A stretch of 64,000 bases of DNA from an uncultured Selenomonadaceae bacterium (GTDB lineage Bacteria > Bacillota > Negativicutes > Selenomonadales > Selenomonadaceae), in contig CAZFPA010000001.1 in the NCBI GenBank assembly GCA_964520975.1, positions 30,425-94,424 of the forward strand. Direction: 5' to 3'. The first letter of the stretch is position 1. Each line of letters starts with the position of its first letter. The translations under genes were made by a program, and so were the position numbers. Positions 1 through 10,085 of the stretch are shown here, in pieces. Under the pieces are notes generated by a model that saw only the letters and a list, made by a program, of their open reading frames with translations, was not told the origin of the DNA and did not search any database.

Positions 1-115
1 TGTCCAGTTTAAAGAAAACAATCTCCGCACACACAATGCAGCCGGTCCGGACGTATTCCGCTACTTCTGCATATTTATAAATTCGCTGCATGCGTTTTTG
101 ATTCCTGCTTTTTGG

Positions 116-154
116 CAAAAAAATCCGCTGCCATTTTTGTGGCAGCGAATTTTA
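116..154. terminator. bidirectional intrinsic terminator downstream of efp
   Basis: Stem cgctgcc(126-132)/ggcagcg(141-147), with an A-run on the left and a T-rich run on the right. Confidence 0.7.
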
Positions 155-163
155 AATTTTTCT

Positions 164-721
164 TTATGCTCTTTCGATGTAGTTGCCCGTGCGCGTATCG
201 ATGCGCAGCACATCGCCTTCATTGATGAAGAGCGGTACCCGGACTGCATAGCCCGTCTCAAGCGTTGCCATCTTCGTTGCGCCGGTAGCTGTATTTCCCT
301 TGACGCTCGGCTCACATTCCGTTACCTTGAGGTTGACGGAATTCGGCAGGCTGATACCGATGATACGCTCCTTAAAGGTCTGCAGGCTGACTTCCATGTT
401 CTCCTGAAGGTAGTTCAGGGCGTCACCAAGCTGCTCCTTGTTGAGCTCCATCTGCTCATAGCTCTCGGTATCCATAAAGGTATACATGCCATCAGCTTCA
501 TACAGGAACTGCATGTTGCGCGTATCGAGATGTGCCGGCGGCATTTTCTCATTCGGGTTGAAGGTACGCTCTACCACAGCGCCCGTCTCTACATTCTTGA
601 TCTTCGTTCTTACAAAGGCTGCGCCCTTGCCCGGCTTTACATGCTGAAAGTCTACGACCTGCCATACTCCGTTATCAATCTCGATGGTCAGTCCTGTACG
701 AAAGTCTGTACTTGAAATCAT
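164..721 (-). CDS. efp: translation elongation factor P
   Basis: 185-aa ORF with the EF-P signature loop VKPGKGAAFVRTK. It sits in the conserved aroQ-papA-efp order. Confidence 0.95.
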   Translation of the reverse strand: MISSTDFRTGLTIEIDNGVWQVVDFQHVKPGKGAAFVRTKIKNVETGAVVERTFNPNEKMPPAHLDTRNMQFLYEADGMYTFMDTESYEQMELNKEQLGDALNYLQENMEVSLQTFKERIIGISLPNSVNLKVTECEPSVKGNTATGATKMATLETGYAVRVPLFINEGDVLRIDTRTGNYIERA

Positions 722-758
722 TAAATTACGCCCTCCATTAACTCTTTGCTTTATTGTT

Positions 759-1832
759 TTAGATAATTTCTATCAACTGTTTATCGCTGCGGGTAAGCGG
801 TACGCCGCCCTGCTCCGTAACCAAAACAGTATCTTCAATGCGCACGCCGCCCCAGCCTGGCAGATAAACGCCCGGCTCCACTGTCACCAGCGTATTGACC
901 GGCAGCTGCTCACATTTGCTTGCAGGGGAAAGTCTTGGTTCCTCATGGATTTCCAGCCCGAGACTATGACCAAGACCATGACCGAAATACTTGCCAAAGC
1001 CCTCAGCAGTCAGATAATCCCGTACTGCCTGATCGACGGCCTTGCCGGAAACACCCGGCTGTACCTTCTCCACACCCATGAGCTGCGCCTTGAGTACCAT
1101 GTTATAAATTTTCTTCTGCTTCTCATCCGCCTGCCCTACACATACGGTACGGGTAATATCCGAATGATAGCCTTTATAAACAGCACCATAGTCCATTGTA
1201 ACAAATTCTCCCGAAACAATCAACTTTTCTGTTGCAGTTCCATGCGGAAGGCTTCCCCGCACCCCCGAGGCCACAATGGTAGTAAACGCCGGCCGTTCCG
1301 AGCCAAGCTCACGCATAACGTTCTCCAGTCGCGCGGCCACAGCGATTTCCGAGATACCCGGACGAATGAACTTCACGATATCTTCAAAAGCCTTATCGCT
1401 GATTTCAACGGCCTTGCGGATGCAGGCAAGCTCCTCGGCATCCTTGATCTGCCGCAGGGCATCCAGCGATAATGCCGTATGGAAATCAATATCGCCAAGC
1501 AATTCGCTCAGGCTGGCAAAATCATTATACATGAGCGCATTGCCCTCAAAACCGACCTTTCGGCAACCGGCTTCCCGAATACATGCCGCGGTTTTCTGCA
1601 GCAAACCGTCCTTCTGCTCAACGATTTCAAAGAGCGGTGCCTGCTGGGCCGCCTGTTCCATATAGCGGAAATCCGTAATAAGCTGTGCTCTGTCCGCCGT
1701 GATGAAGAGCAGGGTATCGTCCCCGGTAAAGCCGCTGCAGTAGTGCAGATTCTCCAGCTTGTTCACGACAACGCCATCCAGCCCTTCCCCGGCCAGTAAC
1801 GCCCTGATTCTTCTCAAACGATCCTGATTCAT
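759..1832 (-). CDS. Xaa-Pro aminopeptidase/dipeptidase, M24 family (YqhT/PapA-like)
   Basis: 357 aa with a creatinase-like N-terminal domain and M24 metal-ligand motifs (HGLGHSLGLEIHE, VEPGVY, RIED). It lies next to efp and aroQ, as in Bacillus. Confidence 0.9.
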   Translation of the reverse strand: MNQDRLRRIRALLAGEGLDGVVVNKLENLHYCSGFTGDDTLLFITADRAQLITDFRYMEQAAQQAPLFEIVEQKDGLLQKTAACIREAGCRKVGFEGNALMYNDFASLSELLGDIDFHTALSLDALRQIKDAEELACIRKAVEISDKAFEDIVKFIRPGISEIAVAARLENVMRELGSERPAFTTIVASGVRGSLPHGTATEKLIVSGEFVTMDYGAVYKGYHSDITRTVCVGQADEKQKKIYNMVLKAQLMGVEKVQPGVSGKAVDQAVRDYLTAEGFGKYFGHGLGHSLGLEIHEEPRLSPASKCEQLPVNTLVTVEPGVYLPGWGGVRIEDTVLVTEQGGVPLTRSDKQLIEII

Positions 1833-2290
1833 AACGATGCCCCCTGTTTGGTTTTACGAATAACGACCTCCAGCGCCGCCATGTAGCTGTCGACACCAAA
1901 GCCGCAGATCTGTCCCATAACCACCGGTGCGATGACCGACGTATGACGGAACTCCTCGCGCTTGTGAATATTGGAAAGATGCACCTCGATCACCGGTGTC
2001 CCGATAGCCGCGATAGCATCGCGCACTGCCACGCTGTAATGCGTAAAGGCCGCCGCGTTCAGAATAATGAAGCAATAGCCCTGTGCCGGCGCCTGCTGGA
2101 TTGCGTCCACGAGCGCCCCCTCATGATTGGACTGCATAAAATCCGCCTGCAATCCGGCCTCCGCTGCGCGCTCGCGCAGAAGGCCATTGATATCCGCCAG
2201 CGTTGTCGAGCCATAGATTTCCGGCTCACGCGTCCCCAAAAGATTCAGATTTGGTCCATGAAGCACTAATATCTTTTTCAAGCGATCCAT
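1829..2290 (-). CDS. aroQ: type II 3-dehydroquinate dehydratase
   Basis: 153 aa with motifs LHGPNLNLLGTREPEIYG and HLSNIHKREEFR, both typical of AroQ. Confidence 0.93.
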   Translation of the reverse strand: MDRLKKILVLHGPNLNLLGTREPEIYGSTTLADINGLLRERAAEAGLQADFMQSNHEGALVDAIQQAPAQGYCFIILNAAAFTHYSVAVRDAIAAIGTPVIEVHLSNIHKREEFRHTSVIAPVVMGQICGFGVDSYMAALEVVIRKTKQGASL

Positions 2291-2299
2291 CCTCCCCTG

Positions 2300-2587
2300 T
2301 CAATAACGAATCTGAAAGCGTTCCTCAGCCGCAATCGGCTCACGCTCTTCCAGTGTCAGTTCCTTTACACCAATGAAGGCATTCCCCTGCCGGATGCGTT
2401 TTTCCAGCGCAGCAACCGGTGCCTCCTGGCCCTGCATTTCCATGGTTACCGAACCATCATCCATATTGCGCACCCAGCCGGTAAGCCCGAGTTCCACAGC
2501 GTTCTGCTGCACAAAAAAGCGAAATCCAACGCCCTGCACCCGGCCTACGGCCCGGCCATAATAACGAACAATCTTCTCAAACATCAA
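2300..2587 (-). CDS. acyP: acylphosphatase
   Basis: 95 aa with the GRVQGVGFR phosphate-binding motif. Confidence 0.85.
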   Translation of the reverse strand: MMFEKIVRYYGRAVGRVQGVGFRFFVQQNAVELGLTGWVRNMDDGSVTMEMQGQEAPVAALEKRIRQGNAFIGVKELTLEEREPIAAEERFQIRY

Positions 2588-2596
2588 AAAGCCCCC

Positions 2597-3820
2597 TTAT
2601 TTAACATCACGGCGCAGGATGGAGTACGCCTCAACCGGCGCCGCCATATGAATCCGAATGATCTGCTGCGGATGCGGTGCCGTGTCAATCGGTGTCCCCG
2701 TTTCATCCACCATTTCAGCCAATGTCTGCCGGAACATCGGCCCCGTAGGCTGAAACACCTCGATCTCCTGCCCCAGTTTCATATTATTGCGCTGTTCAAC
2801 GACGGCCCAGCCCGTTGCCGCATCATAGGCAAGCACCAGCCCGACGAAATCCGAGGTCTGCAGATAGGAGGACGAGCCGTAGATCTGATCTTTCTCGGTA
2901 GGTCGGCCAAAATAAAAGCCCGTCGTGTAATCACGATGCGAAACCTTTTCAAGCTCAGCCAGCCATTCCGGAGCGATCCTGAAATGCTCCCGATCGGCAA
3001 AATAGCTGTCAATCGCCAACCGGTAGGCCTTCACCACGCTGGCTGCATAGTGGACGCTCTTCATGCGGCCCTCGATCTTCAGACTGTCCACGCCGCTCTC
3101 AATGACATCGGCAATATAAGGCAGCAGGCACATATCCTTGGAATTGAATATGTACGTGCCGCGGTCGTCCTCTTCCACCGGAAAATATTGTCCGGGCCGT
3201 GTTTCCTCCATCAGGCTGTATTTCCAGCGACAGGGCTGTGCACAGCCGCCACGGTTGGCATCGCGGCCTGTGAAATAATTGCTCATAAGGCAGCGTCCCG
3301 AATAGGAGATGCACATGGCTCCATGCACGAACATCTCAAGCTCCACTGCACATTTTTCCCGGATCTCCCGGATTTCCGCCAGCGACATCTCCCGGGCCAG
3401 CACAACCCGGCTCGCCCCCAGTGCAGCCCAGGCATTGACCGCTTCCCAGTTCGTATTGTTCGCCTGCGTACTGATGTGGATCTCCATCTCCGGTACCACC
3501 CGGCGGGCAATCGCGAATACGCCGAGATCAGCGACAAGAATCGCATCCGCCTCCACCCGGGCCAGATACTCGAGATATTCCGGCAATCCCGGCAAATCCT
3601 CATTATGGGGAAAGATGTTGACCGTCACATACACCTTCTTGCCCAGGGAATGTGCAAACCGGATACCCTCCCGGAGCTCCTCCCGGCTGAAATTGCCGCC
3701 AAAGGCACGCAGTCCAAAGGACTTGCCCCCAAGATAAACGGCATCTGCACCGTAGAGCAGTGCCATCTTCATTTTTTCCAAATTTCCTGCCGGCGCTAAA
3801 AGCTCAGGCTTCTTTATCAT
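2597..3820 (-). CDS. peptidase U32 family protein (TrhP/YrrO-like, tRNA U34 hydroxylation family)
   Basis: The ORF runs to 3928, but GGAGG lies 7 nt before the ATG at 3820 (MIKKPELLAPAGN, the typical U32 N-terminus). Its position next to the O-methyltransferase and mltG matches the Bacillus yrrL-yrrM-yrrN/O arrangement. Confidence 0.85.
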   Translation of the reverse strand: MIKKPELLAPAGNLEKMKMALLYGADAVYLGGKSFGLRAFGGNFSREELREGIRFAHSLGKKVYVTVNIFPHNEDLPGLPEYLEYLARVEADAILVADLGVFAIARRVVPEMEIHISTQANNTNWEAVNAWAALGASRVVLAREMSLAEIREIREKCAVELEMFVHGAMCISYSGRCLMSNYFTGRDANRGGCAQPCRWKYSLMEETRPGQYFPVEEDDRGTYIFNSKDMCLLPYIADVIESGVDSLKIEGRMKSVHYAASVVKAYRLAIDSYFADREHFRIAPEWLAELEKVSHRDYTTGFYFGRPTEKDQIYGSSSYLQTSDFVGLVLAYDAATGWAVVEQRNNMKLGQEIEVFQPTGPMFRQTLAEMVDETGTPIDTAPHPQQIIRIHMAAPVEAYSILRRDVK

Positions 3821-4409
3821 TCCGTACCCTCCGTGAAACCGCCAGACCATCACCGTTTTCGTGGATTTGCGTAACAAATCCGGGTGTATTCTGAACCAGT
3901 GCAATATATTCTCGCAGGCGCTTGACAATCGTCTTATAGCGCCGCGGAGCCTTTTCTGTCCCCATCACATAGCCGCGAAAGAGCACATTATCCGCTGTAA
4001 TGACCCCATGTTCTGCCAGCAGCGGCAGCACCTTATGAAAATAATCCACATACTGCCCCTTGGCCGCATCAATGAACACGAAATCAAAGGGGCCGGTCAA
4101 CCGGGTAAGCAGAACCGCAGCGTCCCCCACCTGCTGCTCGATTTGGGCCGCATAGGGAGATCGCTGCAGAAAGCGAGCCGCCAGTGCCGCCCGTTCCTCG
4201 CTGAGTTCCAGCGTCACAATATGCGCTCCGGACGCAGCCTGCTGCGCCATAAGCAAGGTAGAGTAGCCAATGGCCGTCCCGATCTCCAAAATACGCCGTG
4301 GCTGTGCCTGCTGCACAGCTGCGAGCAGCACACCGCGCCCGCGTTCATTGATGATCGGCACATGATACTCGGCCGCGTACATCTCCATTTCGCGCAAAAG
4401 CTCCTGCAT
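3804..4409 (-). CDS. SAM-dependent O-methyltransferase (YrrM/TrmR-like)
   Basis: 201 aa with class I methyltransferase motif I (ILEIGTAIGYS) and FVFIDAAK. It lies between mltG and the U32 gene. Confidence 0.85.
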   Translation of the reverse strand: MQELLREMEMYAAEYHVPIINERGRGVLLAAVQQAQPRRILEIGTAIGYSTLLMAQQAASGAHIVTLELSEERAALAARFLQRSPYAAQIEQQVGDAAVLLTRLTGPFDFVFIDAAKGQYVDYFHKVLPLLAEHGVITADNVLFRGYVMGTEKAPRRYKTIVKRLREYIALVQNTPGFVTQIHENGDGLAVSRRVRNDKEA

Positions 4410-5446
4410 CAGCGCACCCTCTCCACTTCGGCGAGATGCTCCTCATAGCTCATGGAATAATGGTTGTGCCCCTGCCGGTCCGCTACGAAATACAAATAGC
4501 CGGTATCCGCCGGATAGAGCACTGCCCGGATGGCTGCCATGCCAGGATTGGCAATTGGTCCGGGCGGCAGGCCCTGGTGCTGATAGGTATTATAGGGAGA
4601 CTCCATTTTAGTATCCTCGATGGATACATCCTCCTTCGGGCCATCCAGCAGATACTGCAGCGTCGTATCCGACTGCAGCGGCATCCCGACGCGCAGCCGC
4701 TTCAGGAATACCTGCGCGATGATGGGTCGGTCCTCATCGAAGCGGGCCTCCTTTTCGACCAGTGAAGCCAGGGTGATGAGCTCATAGATAGAAAGATCCC
4801 TCTCGGCCGCCCGCTCCCGAAGCTCCGGTGTAAGCTTGCTGTCAAAGGCCTCCGTCATCATTTTCAGGACATCCTCCGCTGAGGCATCATTCGTAATCTC
4901 ATAGGTATCCGGAAAGAGGAAGCCCTCCGCCGCGTAATCCGCCTGCGCACTCTTTTTCATATAGCTGTAAGGCGCAAAAGTCTTTGCCGCCCGCAAAAAT
5001 TCCTTTTGGTCGACAAGCCCCTCATCCGAGAGCCGCTTCGCAATTTCCCGCACATTGTAACCCTCCGGAATCGTAAAGCGCAGCGAAGAGGTCGCGCCAT
5101 CCACGAGCATGCGCAGAACCTCCCTCGCCTCCATATTGCGGTGCAAGGCATAGTTTCCCGTCTTGAATTTGCTGTCGGCACCATTGAGCTTGGCCGTCAG
5201 CCAAAAGTTATATTTGGAAGAAATGACACCATGCTGCTGCAGCAGCGTGCCAATATCATCGGCTGTCATCCCCGGCTTCACCCGCAGGTAGATCTTTTCC
5301 TGCGCGGAGGATGTCTGCACACCGCGCACCTGCGGACTATGCATGCAGCTATAGGTGAAGATGACAGCAATAAAAAACAGCAGACCTCCAAGGACTGCCC
5401 ATTTGGATATCTGCCGGTCTTTTTTCCATTCGATCAAAAACAACAT
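4409..5446 (-). CDS. mltG: endolytic murein transglycosylase MltG (YceG-like)
   Basis: One N-terminal TM segment followed by a YceG domain (LASLVEKEA, YNTY, GLPPGPI). The ORF track extends to 5644 only because it reads through repeat copy 1. The likely start is the ATG at 5446 or the TTG at 5437, after AAGGAG. Confidence 0.85.
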   Translation of the reverse strand: MLFLIEWKKDRQISKWAVLGGLLFFIAVIFTYSCMHSPQVRGVQTSSAQEKIYLRVKPGMTADDIGTLLQQHGVISSKYNFWLTAKLNGADSKFKTGNYALHRNMEAREVLRMLVDGATSSLRFTIPEGYNVREIAKRLSDEGLVDQKEFLRAAKTFAPYSYMKKSAQADYAAEGFLFPDTYEITNDASAEDVLKMMTEAFDSKLTPELRERAAERDLSIYELITLASLVEKEARFDEDRPIIAQVFLKRLRVGMPLQSDTTLQYLLDGPKEDVSIEDTKMESPYNTYQHQGLPPGPIANPGMAAIRAVLYPADTGYLYFVADRQGHNHYSMSYEEHLAEVERVR

Positions 5447-5456
5447 CTCCTTAATT

Positions 5457-5568
5457 GTTATAACGCCATCGTTCAGAATTTCGCAACACGAAATTCTTCC
5501 AAACAATATTTTCCACAAGGGAGCAGCTTCGTGCCCGCCGCCTGCAAAGGTGGGGACATCCTGCTGCG
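5457..5568. repeat. dispersed intergenic repeat, copy 1 (shortened core)
   Basis: GTTATAACGCCATCGTTCAGAATTTCGCAACACGAAATTCTTCC...CCGCCTGCAAAGGTGGGGACATCCTGCTGCG aligns to copies at 54181, 55291 and 62397. The palindrome is GAATTTCG/CGAAATTC at 5476-5496. Confidence 0.8.
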
Positions 5569-5618
5569 CATCACAAAACACTCCCTTCATTATACGAAAA
5601 TCTTCTACAAAATACAAC

Positions 5619-5665
5619 ACAAAACGGAGCTGCCCGACTGACAAATTCCCGTCAGCAGCAGCTCC
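5619..5665 (-). terminator. intrinsic terminator after the MFS/amidohydrolase operon
   Basis: Stem ggagctgc(5626-5633)/gcagctcc(5658-5665) with an inner ctgac/gtcag pair. The tail is U-rich on the minus strand. Confidence 0.55.
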
Positions 5666-5674
5666 GCAAGACTC

Positions 5675-6889
5675 TCACAGGGCCCGTTCCGCAGGTGTCT
5701 GCGGCCAGGTCCGGCGACGCATATCGTGAAAATAAAAGAGTAAAAACGCCAGCAACGCAGGCAGGATACAACTCAGGTACATGAGACGCAGCCCAAGGTA
5801 CAGCGCAGCCTGTCCCAGCAGCATGGACCCGACAGCGAAGCCCAGATCAAAGGCCATCAGGATCGTTCCATTCGCCATCCCGCGCCGCCACTTTTCCACC
5901 GCATTGATGGAAAGAGCGAAGCACAGGGAATACAGGATTCCAAAGCCAATTCCGAGCAGCAGCGCTGCCAGTACAAACACCCCCAGTCCGTCCGCCGCAT
6001 AAAGGCAGAGAAAGGCTGCCGCGAAGGAAGCAAAGCCCAGACACATGATGCCGACCGGACCTTTCCGGTCCAGAACGCGGCCGGCATACGGCCGGCTCAC
6101 AATGACCCCGGCGGCATTCGCCAGGAAGAATACCGCCGGATTATCCAGCTGAAGCTCCTTCGCAAAGAGCACGATGAAGGACAGCACCGCGCCATAGCCC
6201 ATAGCCATGAAAAATACGATCCCGCCATAGGCCAGAACACGCTTCTCGAGCCATCCACCCCGTGAATGACCGGCAAACCCCTGCTCCCGATGGCGTATCC
6301 CCGCCAGACAGACCAGTGCAAGACCGGCAATCCCCGCAGCGGCCAGGAACATGCCCGAAAAGTCAAAATCCTGCAGGACACGCAGCCCCAGCCACGGCCC
6401 CAGCAGCATAGCGAAGGACATACTGAGTCCGAAATAGCCAATTCCCTCACCGCGGCGCCGCTTGGGAATGACATCAGCCGCCAGCGTCGCCAGGGAGGTT
6501 GTAGCAAAGCCCCAGCATATCCCGTGCAAAAATCGCAGGACCAGCAATGCGGCCAGCCCGAACGCCCAATTGTAGGCAAGAATCGCCGCCAGCAGCAGCA
6601 GCAGCGATCCCCAGGCCGCCTTCATGCGCCCGGATGCATCAAGCACCCGGCCGGCAAGCGGCCGTACCAGGACTCCCGCAAAGGCGTAGACGGCAAACAG
6701 CATTCCAACGGAGCCCTCATCCCCCCCCAGCACATCCGTGGTATACAGCGGAAGCGTCGATGTAAGATAATACATCGTTGTAAAGGCGAAAAAATTCGCG
6801 AGCCAGCTGCAGACAAATTTTCGGTTCCATAGCTTTTCCGAAACAGCTTCAGAAATCATCAGCAATCCCTTCTCTCCTGTTCCACTCAA
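5675..6889 (-). CDS. MFS transporter
   Basis: 404 aa, about 12 predicted hydrophobic helices, and an MFS loop motif (GRVLDASGR / GRVLDRKG). Confidence 0.85.
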   Translation of the reverse strand: MSGTGEKGLLMISEAVSEKLWNRKFVCSWLANFFAFTTMYYLTSTLPLYTTDVLGGDEGSVGMLFAVYAFAGVLVRPLAGRVLDASGRMKAAWGSLLLLLAAILAYNWAFGLAALLVLRFLHGICWGFATTSLATLAADVIPKRRRGEGIGYFGLSMSFAMLLGPWLGLRVLQDFDFSGMFLAAAGIAGLALVCLAGIRHREQGFAGHSRGGWLEKRVLAYGGIVFFMAMGYGAVLSFIVLFAKELQLDNPAVFFLANAAGVIVSRPYAGRVLDRKGPVGIMCLGFASFAAAFLCLYAADGLGVFVLAALLLGIGFGILYSLCFALSINAVEKWRRGMANGTILMAFDLGFAVGSMLLGQAALYLGLRLMYLSCILPALLAFLLFYFHDMRRRTWPQTPAERAL

Positions 6890-7926
6890 GCCAACCGGAA
6901 GAGGCGCCTGGCATTGCCGCTCAGGATGAGCTCACGCTGCTCTTCTGTAATATCCAGCTGCTTGACGAACTCTGCACCGTCGGACATCCAGCTGTACACA
7001 ACCGGGAAGGAACTGCCAAAGAGCATGTGATCCGCACCGCAGACCTTGATTGCGCACTCCACCTGTTCCTTACCCCAGGAGGCCGGATGTGTCATATCGT
7101 AGAAAATATTATGCTCCAGATAGTGCTGGATACGGTCGGCTTCCGTCGTATCAAAACGATTCAGTGCCTCGTTTTTCTTTGATTTGTGCGGCGTCGTAAG
7201 CTGCTGATTTGCGAACCAGTTGCCGCCGAACATCGTATGGATGAAAACAAGATCCGGAAATTCCTCAAAAAGTCCGCTGAAAAGTTCCCGTCCCAATGCC
7301 GTCGCCTGATCGACAATGCGGCCAAATTCCCGGCGCAGATTCGTGAACTCATAGATGGACTGCCAGTAGACCGGCAATGGAGTATGATGCACGATGACAG
7401 GGACCTTCAGATCATTCAGCACCTTCAGATACGGCTTGAAAGCCGCATCATCCAGATAGAGCTGCCCATAATGACAGGCCAGCTGCACACCGACCATGCC
7501 AAGCTCTTTGAGGCAGCGCTCCAGCTCATAGAGATTTTCCTTGCCGCCCCAGGGCGGCAGGACCGCGTTGGCGTGCAGGCGGCCGTTGGAACGCCGGCAC
7601 ATATCCGCCGCATTATCATTGACGACCTTGCAGGTGTCGAGCCGCAGCCATTCCTGCCACACCGGCACGCGCAGGAGTCCGGCATCTACACCGGCATCAT
7701 CCATGGCCCTGAGCTTGGCCTCCAGGGAATAATCCCCCTCTACGTAATCCAGATTATGATAGCCCTGCGGCTTTTCCAAAATTAAATGCTTTTTGCCATT
7801 TTCCATCGTCTCCAGCGAAGCAATCTCGCCGAAACCACGAGGCGCTGTGGACAGGAAGCCGTCCATTGTTTTATCATTCTTAAAAAGGTCCTCCGGCAGA
7901 TGATGCATGTTACAATCGATAATCAT
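6886..7926 (-). CDS. amidohydrolase-2 family protein (ACMSD/LigW-like metal-dependent decarboxylase or hydrolase)
   Basis: 346 aa with an N-terminal IDCNMHH metal motif and an internal HHT motif. It overlaps the MFS gene by 4 nt, which suggests coupled expression. Confidence 0.75.
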   Translation of the reverse strand: MIIDCNMHHLPEDLFKNDKTMDGFLSTAPRGFGEIASLETMENGKKHLILEKPQGYHNLDYVEGDYSLEAKLRAMDDAGVDAGLLRVPVWQEWLRLDTCKVVNDNAADMCRRSNGRLHANAVLPPWGGKENLYELERCLKELGMVGVQLACHYGQLYLDDAAFKPYLKVLNDLKVPVIVHHTPLPVYWQSIYEFTNLRREFGRIVDQATALGRELFSGLFEEFPDLVFIHTMFGGNWFANQQLTTPHKSKKNEALNRFDTTEADRIQHYLEHNIFYDMTHPASWGKEQVECAIKVCGADHMLFGSSFPVVYSWMSDGAEFVKQLDITEEQRELILSGNARRLFRLA

Positions 7927-8062
7927 AAGAATTCCTCCTCTATTGATTGGATTCCGGCCCTGGCAATCCGTATGATTCAGTCAGACATTGCTGACGCTTC
8001 CCTGCTATGTATTCAGTCTACGAAAGAAATGTGACAAAAGTTTGTCAGTAAAGGAATTTGCG

Positions 8063-8104
8063 ATAAAAAAACACCCCTAGGTGCGCAATGCACCCAGAGG
8101 TGTT
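8063..8104 (-). terminator. intrinsic terminator after the MCP gene
   Basis: Stem aacacc...ggtgtt (8070-8104) with an inner ggtgc/gcacc pair. The A-run at 8064-8071 gives a U-run on the minus strand. Confidence 0.75.
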
Positions 8105-8132
8105 CCTCCCTATGAAATATCCCTATTCCGAG

Positions 8133-10085
8133 TTATACCCGGAACTTCTTCGCTGCCTCCTGCATATCAGCAGCCAGCTGTGCCAACGCATTCGAAGCCG
8201 CGGCAATCTCTTCCGTAGAAGCAGACTGTTCCTCGGTGGCTGCCGATATCGCCTCCGTCTGCTCCGCGGTCTTGCGGCTGACATCATTGATACTGTCTAC
8301 AGCCGAGGTAATACGTGTACCACCATTCGATACAGCCTGCACTGCCGCATTGATATCCGCCATATGCGCCTGGATTGCATTTACCCGTTCCATGATATTG
8401 GCAAATTCCTTGCCAACCTCACGAATGGCCACAGCGCCGCTCTGCACTTCACCCGTACCGTTTTGCATAGCCTCTACAGCCTCATGTGTATCCTGCTGGA
8501 TTGTGACAATCCGCTCCCGGATTTCTTCAGTCGAACGCTGGGACTGTTCCGCCAGCTTGCGAACTTCATCCGCCACGACTGAGAATCCGCGTCCCTGTTC
8601 ACCGGCTCTGGCAGCCTCAATCGCAGCATTCAGGGCCAGCAGATTCGTCTGATTGGCAATCTCCGAGATCGTCTCAACGATCTCCCCGATCTGCGTAGAG
8701 CTATCGCCCAGCGTCGTAACAACCTTTGCCGAGGAATTGACACTCTCCTCGATCCTGCCCATGCGTTCAATCGCCTTTTCCATGAGCTCCTGCCCACGCT
8801 GTGCCGCCTGAGAGGTGACCGCTGACATTTCCGCGACTTCCTCGGTCCTGGAGACAACCCCGGCAATATCACTTACCGACTGCCGGACACTCTCATCAGC
8901 CGTCTCAACATGCCCCATCTGCGCCTGCATGCCATTGGCAACACCATTGACAGTCTCCGCTACATGCGTGGACGCTTCAGCGGACTGCTGTGCACTGGCA
9001 GTCAATTGTTCGGAAGAAGCAGCGACCTGCTCAGCCGTAGACATCATCTTCCGGATGAGATCATGGATCTGCTTTTTCATGGTATTGAAGCCCAGCGTGA
9101 GCTCACCGAGCTCATCCGTCGATTCGACGGTCAGATCATCCACCGCCAGATTTCCTCCGGCCAATTCTGCCGCGTGCGCTTTCAGCCGAAGAATATTATA
9201 CGTGATTCCCTTTGAGAAGCGCAGGCAGGCAAACACGATCAGCAAAATGCTGAGAATCGTCAAAATCGCATATACGACCTTTAGGGTCTGCATCTGCGAG
9301 AACACCACAGATTCCGGCACCATGATGCCCATGACCCACTTGGTGCTCGGCACTGTCGCATAGGCAAAGATCTGGGTCTTTCCGTCCTTTTCCAAGGTCA
9401 CATAGCCCTTGCCCTGCGAAACCATGGCCTGATATTTATCCTTGAATTCCGGCATATCTGCTGCCGCCTTGCCGAAATCATCCTTGACATCAGCGGCAAT
9501 AACCACACCGTTATTATCAAAAATATACCCGGAGCCGGCACCCTGATAGCGCAGCTGGCTCACCTCGTCCTGCAGGATGTCGAGGAAAATATCCTCACAG
9601 ACTGCACCGCGGTAATTTCCCTGTGCGTCATTGTACGGAGCCGCAATGGATACAACCTGCTTTCCTGTGATCTTATCTACATAGGTATCCATGAACACAA
9701 CGGCCTTGGCCTCCCGCGGTTCATTGTAGAAGCGCATTTTCAGCGGATCGAGCTTGGGCGTCAGATTGCCTGCCCGATAGCCGATACATACGCCGGCACT
9801 GTTCCCGACAACAAGATCGGATACCGACGTCGCATCCTCGCCAGCAACAGCCAACAGACCGCGCAATTCCTCCGGCGATTTACTTCCATCGTCCTGCCGA
9901 TGCAAAAGATCCGCAGCGGATACTGCAATTTGCTTTTTAGTATCCAGCCAGCCCTCCAGTTTGTTGCTGCCTCCCTCGATCGTCGCCATGATTTCAGCTT
10001 CGATGCTCGTATGGAGGTTGTCATAAGCAAAATAATACCCTATCCCAGAGACAATTGCCATCATGATTCCCACAAAACCAGCCAA
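8133..10085 (-). CDS. methyl-accepting chemotaxis protein (Cache-type sensor, HAMP, MA domain)
   Basis: 650 aa with two TM segments flanking a periplasmic Cache-like region, and a conserved signalling hairpin ([34 protein letters not shown]). The TTG start at 10085 is uncertain. Confidence 0.9.
   Translation of the reverse strand: MAGFVGIMMAIVSGIGYYFAYDNLHTSIEAEIMATIEGGSNKLEGWLDTKKQIAVSAADLLHRQDDGSKSPEELRGLLAVAGEDATSVSDLVVGNSAGVCIGYRAGNLTPKLDPLKMRFYNEPREAKAVVFMDTYVDKITGKQVVSIAAPYNDAQGNYRGAVCEDIFLDILQDEVSQLRYQGAGSGYIFDNNGVVIAADVKDDFGKAAADMPEFKDKYQAMVSQGKGYVTLEKDGKTQIFAYATVPSTKWVMGIMVPESVVFSQMQTLKVVYAILTILSILLIVFACLRFSKGITYNILRLKAHAAELAGGNLAVDDLTVESTDELGELTLGFNTMKKQIHDLIRKMMSTAEQVAASSEQLTASAQQSAEASTHVAETVNGVANGMQAQMGHVETADESVRQSVSDIAGVVSRTEEVAEMSAVTSQAAQRGQELMEKAIERMGRIEESVNSSAKVVTTLGDSSTQIGEIVETISEIANQTNLLALNAAIEAARAGEQGRGFSVVADEVRKLAEQSQRSTEEIRERIVTIQQDTHEAVEAMQNGTGEVQSGAVAIREVGKEFANIMERVNAIQAHMADINAAVQAVSNGGTRITSAVDSINDVSRKTAEQTEAISAATEEQSASTEEIAAASNALAQLAADMQEAAKKFRV

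Noticed and set aside
1-115. Possible 3' end of a gene at the left edge of the window
   Set aside because: The stretch is too short, and stop codons appear in the frames I checked. I cannot support any call.
61-315. 84-aa minus-strand ORF overlapping the efp terminator and the efp 3' end
   Set aside because: It overlaps efp in another frame, crosses a strong terminator hairpin, and has no recognisable family or SD.
8126-8137. 12-nt match (TTCCGAGTTATA) to the repeat boundary at the MCP stop codon
   Set aside because: Only 12 nt match, with weak flanking similarity. A match of that length is expected by chance given the number of repeat-derived 12-mers tested against 64 kb. A similar ATAACGCCATC match inside the ABC ATPase gene (about 23908) was rejected for the same reason.
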